Of a stretch of DNA of 12,634 nt, positions 8,107 through 12,634 are shown piece by piece. The stretch covers positions 1 through 12,634 of the forward strand of contig CAYOWP010000006.1 in assembly GCA_964407715.1 (NCBI GenBank), in the 5' to 3' direction. This DNA comes from an uncultured archaeon. Its GTDB lineage: Archaea; EX4484-52; JAADEF01. How positions within the stretch are numbered: the first letter of the stretch is position 1; each line of letters starts with the position of its first letter. Below the pieces are notes generated by a model that saw only the letters and a list, made by a program, of their open reading frames with translations, did no database searches and had not been told where the DNA came from. The position numbers and the translations under genes were made by a program.

Positions 8107-9656
8107 TCCCTTTTAAGGATAAGATCAAGCAATAAGCTATATATTTTCTTGATTTCTTTTATTGTTATTGTTTTTGTTAGGAATAAAAATAATAAATACA
8201 CGAGACCGCTTAAGAATATTAATAGAATTCCTAAACTTATGGTAATATAGGGAACATATAGGTGAATTATTTTGTTTATGGTAATTAGTGATAACACTGA
8301 AAAAATGAAAGATAATAAGATTTCCTTGAGAGGGATATAAATTCTCATTATTTTGCGTGATGAATAAATGTGATACATGCTCATTATAGATAATGAAACG
8401 AAAGTTGCAATGGCGCTACCTATAAAACCATATATTGGTACCAATAGAAGATTCAATATGAGATTCATTGAAGAGCCAACAAATACAAGGTAGGGAAGAT
8501 ATTTCACTGTCTTTTTTGCCCAGATAATGTTAAAATGCGTATTTCCTATAAATGCTATAATATATGCAAGTGATAGAATTATTAATGGTTTATAAGCATC
8601 TCTGTATTCCTTACCGAAAATAGAAGATATAATGTCTTCACCATAGAGAAAATATATTGAGTATATAAACAATAGAAAGATAAGGAAATACTTTAATATA
8701 TATTTGAGAAGTATCTTGATTTCTTTTTCCTTTTTTTGGTTTAATCTCTCTGTAAGGATTAAAGAAAGCAAGTTCTGTAAGGATGATGTTGATAATTGAA
8801 TAATCGAGATAAAAGGATTTGTTATGCTATAAATTCCAGTTTGTATAGCACCATGAAAATAATTTATAATTATTATATTTGTTTGATTGAATAGTATTCT
8901 TGATATTTTGCTTATTCCTATAGGCAATGAGATGCATATAAGCTCTTTGAGGTCAGAGATTTTCTTTATCACAAACTTTGGGGATGGAATAAATAAGTTA
9001 TACTTTTTTGTGGTATAGAGAAATATTAATATTGAGAAAAATGTTTCACCTATGAGATAAGAGGTTAAAGCCGCAATTAAATTTTGTAGATTAAAATAAT
9101 AAAAAAACATGATTAATGTTACAACCTTTATTATACTTACTCCTAGTGGTTTAAGTATGGATGGAAGAAAAATCTTTCTTTTTGATGATAAATACGCTCC
9201 TATGCTTCTCAATGGAAACATTACAAAAGCAAAAATTGAGATATATATTAAGATATGCTTTAAATCGATATTCTTATAGATATAAAGTGCAATTAAATCT
9301 CCAAATAAAAACACAATGAGAAGAAAGAATATATTTGAGAAAAGGACTGTATAAAATATCATATATAATATCTCTCTTGCCTTTTTTTCACTCTGTTTTT
9401 CTCTAAAATATATCAGATTCCTTACAGATTGGCGGGTTAACCAGATTGTTGTTAATGTTCCATAAATAGAAATAAAACCCATCATTAAAGAGAAATACCC
9501 ATACATCTCAGGACCTTGTTTGGCAATTAAATATATCCAAATATATCCTATCATCTTAGATAGTACATTGGAAAATATTATAGCCGGATAGGAATAAAAC
9601 AAGAATTTAATATCTTTTAGAAGATCCTTTTTCATAGAACTACTTTCGCTCCTCAT
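8103..9656 (-). CDS. Oligosaccharide flippase, Wzx/RfbX (MOP/MATE superfamily)
   Basis: 517 aa with many hydrophobic helices. GPEMYGYFSL, GIYS, IFGKEY and NLILNLLLVPIYGFIGSAIAT are typical of polysaccharide-biosynthesis flippases. Stop overlaps the tfs stop in TTAA 8103-8106. Confidence 0.88.
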   Translation of the reverse strand: MRSESSSMKKDLLKDIKFLFYSYPAIIFSNVLSKMIGYIWIYLIAKQGPEMYGYFSLMMGFISIYGTLTTIWLTRQSVRNLIYFREKQSEKKAREILYMIFYTVLFSNIFFLLIVFLFGDLIALYIYKNIDLKHILIYISIFAFVMFPLRSIGAYLSSKRKIFLPSILKPLGVSIIKVVTLIMFFYYFNLQNLIAALTSYLIGETFFSILIFLYTTKKYNLFIPSPKFVIKKISDLKELICISLPIGISKISRILFNQTNIIIINYFHGAIQTGIYSITNPFISIIQLSTSSLQNLLSLILTERLNQKKEKEIKILLKYILKYFLIFLLFIYSIYFLYGEDIISSIFGKEYRDAYKPLIILSLAYIIAFIGNTHFNIIWAKKTVKYLPYLVFVGSSMNLILNLLLVPIYGFIGSAIATFVSLSIMSMYHIYSSRKIMRIYIPLKEILLSFIFSVLSLITINKIIHLYVPYITISLGILLIFLSGLVYLLFLFLTKTITIKEIKKIYSLLLDLILKRD

Positions 9657-9727
9657 ATCTATTAGTATAAAATCTTATAATTTTTTAAAGATGAGTTGAT
9701 TAATGTATTACTTCCTTGGAGATCCAG

Positions 9728-10336
9728 CTACCTTGCTCCTTCTGCCTCCTTTTCTCTTCTGTTCTTATCAGCAATCGCAAAACTTTCAGGATTGTTTTCA
9801 TATGCTAAAAGAATTTCCTCTGCAAGTACTTCGCCAGCTGATTTTTTATTAGCATGCCTTTTCATATATGCTCCTACCACAATATTTCTAATTGCTAAAT
9901 CTACTCTTCTTTGCGGTGAAACAATAACAGGCTCCCTTGCAATAATTCCTCCTTTCTGATAGGTTATGGCTTCCTCTACAGGCGCTGCATTTTCAATTGC
10001 TTTAACAAGCACTTGTATTGGATTTTTTTTAGTTTTTTTCTCTATTATCTCAAAAGCTTCAATTAAGTTGTCCATATTTAGCAATGTCTTTCCAACATTT
10101 ATGCCTGATGTAAGTTTGTGTTTCTTACCTTTATGACCTGCAACAAACATTCTATTCAACAATCTTTCAACAATATTAATTTTTGCTTTACCAAAAGGTA
10201 TCTTTGCAAGTTTACCGCCAGTTTTTGGATATGCAATAGGATGCAATGAAATGACATTAACTAACCCGGGATCTTCCACTTTAACATCATGAAAACTCCA
10301 CCTATTGAAAAGCTTTATATTAATCTTACCTGACAT
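9728..10336 (-). CDS. rps7: 30S ribosomal protein uS7 (archaeal S7)
   Basis: KLFNRW, VEDPGL, IVERLLNR, NPIQVLVKAIENAAP, SPQRRVDLAIRNI, LAEEI. GAGGTG SD. Confidence 0.98.
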   Translation of the reverse strand: MSGKINIKLFNRWSFHDVKVEDPGLVNVISLHPIAYPKTGGKLAKIPFGKAKINIVERLLNRMFVAGHKGKKHKLTSGINVGKTLLNMDNLIEAFEIIEKKTKKNPIQVLVKAIENAAPVEEAITYQKGGIIAREPVIVSPQRRVDLAIRNIVVGAYMKRHANKKSAGEVLAEEILLAYENNPESFAIADKNRREKEAEGAR

Positions 10337-10356
10337 GAAGACACCTCTTTAATTCA

Positions 10357-10791
10357 TTATCTACCTCTTTGCTTTCTACCAAGAACAAGCTCCTTTAAAG
10401 AGATACCATTAACTTTAACAACTTGATACTTCACACCGGGAATATCTCCTTTTGCACCACCTTGTGCTCCTCCTATTTTTTCTATTATTACTTCATCATG
10501 TTCATTAATGTGCTTTATAGCACCATTACCAGGTGCAAACGCTGTAACTCTTATCCCATTCTTTATTAATTGCACTCTTACACATTTTCTCATAGCAGAG
10601 TTTGGCTGCTTAGCTTCTACTTGTCTTTTCTCTAACACAATACCTCTTGCTTGCGGAGCTCCCTCTAAAGGATCCGCTTTAATATCCAAACCCAAAACTT
10701 TCCTTACATATGATTTCTTATGCCATCTTTTTATCTTGGCTTTTCTGATTAAGTTCCTTGCTGCGAACAACCCTCCTTTTGGAATAACCAT
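10357..10791 (-). CDS. rps12: 30S ribosomal protein uS12 (archaeal S12)
   Basis: [48 protein letters not shown]. Exact start uncertain (GTG 10794, ATG 10791). Confidence 0.98.
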   Translation of the reverse strand: MVIPKGGLFAARNLIRKAKIKRWHKKSYVRKVLGLDIKADPLEGAPQARGIVLEKRQVEAKQPNSAMRKCVRVQLIKNGIRVTAFAPGNGAIKHINEHDEVIIEKIGGAQGGAKGDIPGVKYQVVKVNGISLKELVLGRKQRGR

Positions 10792-10821
10792 CACCCCTTA
10801 ACATTATTAGTTTCACATCAA

Positions 10822-10840
10822 TTTATAAAATTTTTGTTTT
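10822..10840 (-). promoter_or_regulatory. Putative BRE/TATA promoter of rps12-rps7
   Basis: Minus strand reads AAAACAAAAAT-TTTATAAA, with the TATA box at 10822-10829, about 30 nt upstream of the start. Confidence 0.6.
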
Positions 10841-10858
10841 AAGAATAAATCCTTCACA

Positions 10859-11119
10859 TTGCAGCATGCTAACCAACATAAAAAGATTAGCTGCTTCAAT
10901 GTGCTTTTGTAGTTGGCATGCTTCCTGTTAACCAATATAAAAATTTGGTTAACGAGAAGATATCGCTATTCAGAAGGTTTTGGAGCAAATAACCTTTTAC
11001 AGCAGGATACCTGCTTCATTGCCTTTTGATATGGCTACATCTCCCGTTAACCATTTTATCTCAAAATAAAATTTGGTTAACGGGAAGCATACATCTTACC
11101 AAAGGCTTTATGAATAACC
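10859..11119. repeat. Array A of alternating-orientation ~49-bp monomers (GGTTA...TAACC)
   Basis: Partial R 10859-10874; F 10885-10933; R 10947-10994; F 11005-11052; R 11075-11119. F = GGTTAGCTGCT...TTCCCGTTAACC and R = GGTTAACGGGAA...AGCATGCTAACC are approximate reverse complements. Confidence 0.92.
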
Positions 11120-11123
11120 TTAC

Positions 11124-11852
11124 TCACCCTTTCCAATAAATGATATTTGATCTCCCTTTCTTTATCTTTTTTATCATTCCTAAATCCTCTAACTCTGAGA
11201 GCATGAGACTTATCTTGGCTTCAGAAAGAGGGATTTTTTTGTTAATCTCTCTTTGTGTGATTCTCTTTTCCTGTTTTAGCAATTCAATGAGTTTGCTCAT
11301 ATATTCATCACTCTCAATAATTCTTTTTCTCTTTATTCTTTTATGTAAATAAAGATATGAGATACATACAAGAGGTGTAACTAAGATTATGAAGATAAAT
11401 ATAGCCGTCCAAATAGAAAGGTGCAATTTACTTTCGTTCTCTTCGTATGAGATATCAAGTGATTCTAAAGGCGCTGAGATATCTTTACTCAGTTTATTCT
11501 CTGATGGCATGAGGATAAAATCATAATCCACCTTATCACCATTTTTGACACATAATACATCTGATGACTCATATTTGATGTCCTCTATAAAAGTATATGC
11601 TGTTAGATTGTAACATCCTGTTGAGAGATTGAGATAATAATATCCATTTGTGATTACTATCCTCATTTTTGGTGAGGTGTTTATTTCCATAACCACATTG
11701 TTTATCCTCTCAAAGGTATTGAAATTATAAAATGAGCCTTTTATCACTGCAGTAGTATCGCTTTCCTCACCATATGTTAAACAACACAAAAGAACCAATA
11801 CAATAGCGATGCTGCATATATGTGATAGAGCCACTCCTCTTTCGCTACTCAT
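11124..11852 (-). CDS. Membrane-anchored protein: signal peptide, extracellular beta-sandwich, one TM helix, C-terminal winged helix-turn-helix
   Basis: Hydrophobic N-terminus, beta-rich middle, TM segment IWTAIFIFIILVTPLVCISYLYL followed by basic residues, and wHTH ITQREINKKIPLSEAKISLMLSELEDLGMIKKIKKGRSNII. Matches a widespread uncharacterised archaeal membrane-HTH architecture. Confidence 0.85.
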   Translation of the reverse strand: MSSERGVALSHICSIAIVLVLLCCLTYGEESDTTAVIKGSFYNFNTFERINNVVMEINTSPKMRIVITNGYYYLNLSTGCYNLTAYTFIEDIKYESSDVLCVKNGDKVDYDFILMPSENKLSKDISAPLESLDISYEENESKLHLSIWTAIFIFIILVTPLVCISYLYLHKRIKRKRIIESDEYMSKLIELLKQEKRITQREINKKIPLSEAKISLMLSELEDLGMIKKIKKGRSNIIYWKG

Positions 11853-11878
11853 AAAGAATTATTATGTTATCAAAAATA

Positions 11879-11886
11879 TTTATAAA
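11879..11886 (-). promoter_or_regulatory. Putative TATA box of the membrane-wHTH gene (likely leaderless)
   Basis: TTTATAAA 26 nt upstream of ATG 11852; no SD. Confidence 0.55.
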
Positions 11887-11908
11887 ATTAATGATATACT
11901 TTTAAAAT

Positions 11909-12537
11909 GTTAGCTGCTGTAATGAGGTTTGGTAGATAGCTAAAAAAGATGGTTAATGAGAAGATATCACATTCGCAACCATATTTTAGCATGCTAACCC
12001 TAATTTTAAAGGTTAGCTGCTTCTTAACCGCTTTAAAAGGTTAGCCACTGTGAGATGTGGTTTGATAAGGTATGTTTCCCGTTAACCATAGTATCAAGAT
12101 AAAATTTGGTTAACGGGAAAATATCGCTATTCACTCAGGTTTGCAGCATGCTAACCAACATGAAAAGATTAGCTGCTCCAATGTGCTTTTGTAGTTGGCA
12201 TGTTTCCTGTTAACCAAGTAATAGAAATTTGGTTAACGGGAAGAGTACATCTTACCAAAGAGGTTCATAGCATGCTAATCAAAGTTAAAAGGTTACCTGC
12301 TTCATTGCTTTTTGATATGGCACATCTTCCGTTAACCATTTTATTTCAAAATAAAATTTAGTTAACAGCAAGATATCGCTTTTCCAAGGCACATTTCAGC
12401 ATGCTATTCTCTTAAAAGGGTTAGCTGCTCTAATGTAGTTTTTGATGAGGTATGCTTTTCCTTAACCAGTTATCATTAAAGAGATTTAAGGGTTATCAGC
12501 TCAAAGATGTCTTTTATCATGCTATTTTTTGTTAACC
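11909..12537. repeat. Array B of alternating-orientation ~49-bp monomers (GGTTA...TAACC)
   Basis: Partial F from 11909; R 11951-11999; mini unit 12011-12029; F 12039-12087; R 12108-12156; F 12167-12215; R 12231-12280; F 12291-12337; R 12360-12409; F 12419-12467; degenerate F-like 12491-12537. Confidence 0.93.
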
Positions 12538-12568
12538 ATGGAGAATCTCTTTTTAGGATAGGGCACTA

Positions 12569-12634
12569 TGGGCCGGCCCGGATTTGAACCGGGGACCTTC
12601 GCCGCGTCAAGGCGACGTCATAACCAGACTAGAC
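12569..12634 (-). tRNA. tRNA-Val(GAC), 5' end outside the window
   Basis: Reverse complement has D-arm remnant GTCTAGTCTGGTTATGAC, anticodon arm TCGCC-TTGACGC-GGCGA, T arm CCCGG-TTCAAAT-CCGGG, acceptor 3' strand CCGGCCC and discriminator A. CCA not encoded; no intron in the visible part. Confidence 0.96.

Noticed and set aside
3289-9656. Peptidoglycan synthesis cluster (GlmU + SLT + MurJ-like flippase)
   Set aside because: The genes are not contiguous, no Mur ligases, MraY or PBPs are present, and the flippase looks Wzx-like. GlmU-like enzymes and such flippases are common in archaeal glycosylation.
1647-10801. Short alternative ORFs (1647-1901, 2175-2408, 2902-3099, 3062-3259, 3353-3568, 3879-4073, 4310-4624, 5948-6238, 9696-9959, 10508-10801)
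   Set aside because: All lie antisense to, or out of frame within, well-supported genes and have no recognisable motifs. The same applies to 11140-11352.
10859-12537. CRISPR array or TIGR-like dual-repeat guide array
   Set aside because: The variable segments are homologous to each other and to the reverse complement of neighbours rather than unique spacers. Units alternate in orientation, no box C/D motifs are evident, and no cas or Nop-domain gene is nearby.
11909-12537. Replication origin with ORB repeats
   Set aside because: No ORB-like TCCA...GAAAC plus G-string consensus and no cdc6/orc1 gene in the window. Cannot be fully excluded without skew analysis.
11909-12537. Protein-coding repeat or pseudogene
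   Set aside because: No ORF is listed in the track, the GTTAAC/TTAG cores introduce stops on both strands, and unit lengths vary by non-multiples of three.
12569-12600. Integrated element with attL/attR at tRNA-Val
   Set aside because: No second copy of the tRNA 3' end and no integrase in the window; nearby genes are housekeeping.

Overview
AT-rich archaeal chromosomal segment, probably from a DPANN-type lineage (inferred from archaeal uS12/uS7, Pus10, stand-alone Bud32, TFS, TATA-box promoters and broken ribosomal-protein operon synteny). Left to right: two tandem paralogous lipobox-bearing surface proteins; a HAD hydrolase and a GlmU-like nucleotidyltransferase (minus strand); pus10-bud32; a membrane-anchored lytic transglycosylase (SLT) homolog; tfs; a Wzx/MATE-type flippase; rps7-rps12; a membrane-anchored winged-helix protein; and the 3' part of tRNA-Val(GAC). 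The most unusual element is a non-coding repeat family. A ~49-bp monomer bounded by GGTTA...TAACC is arrayed in alternating orientation at 10859-11119 and 11909-12537, with a solo partial copy near 4640. The arrays form chains of hairpins with a recurrent extra T, show shuffled subtype order between the two arrays, flank the winged-helix gene on both sides and abut the tRNA 3' end. They are not CRISPR, and I do not recognise them as a named element.
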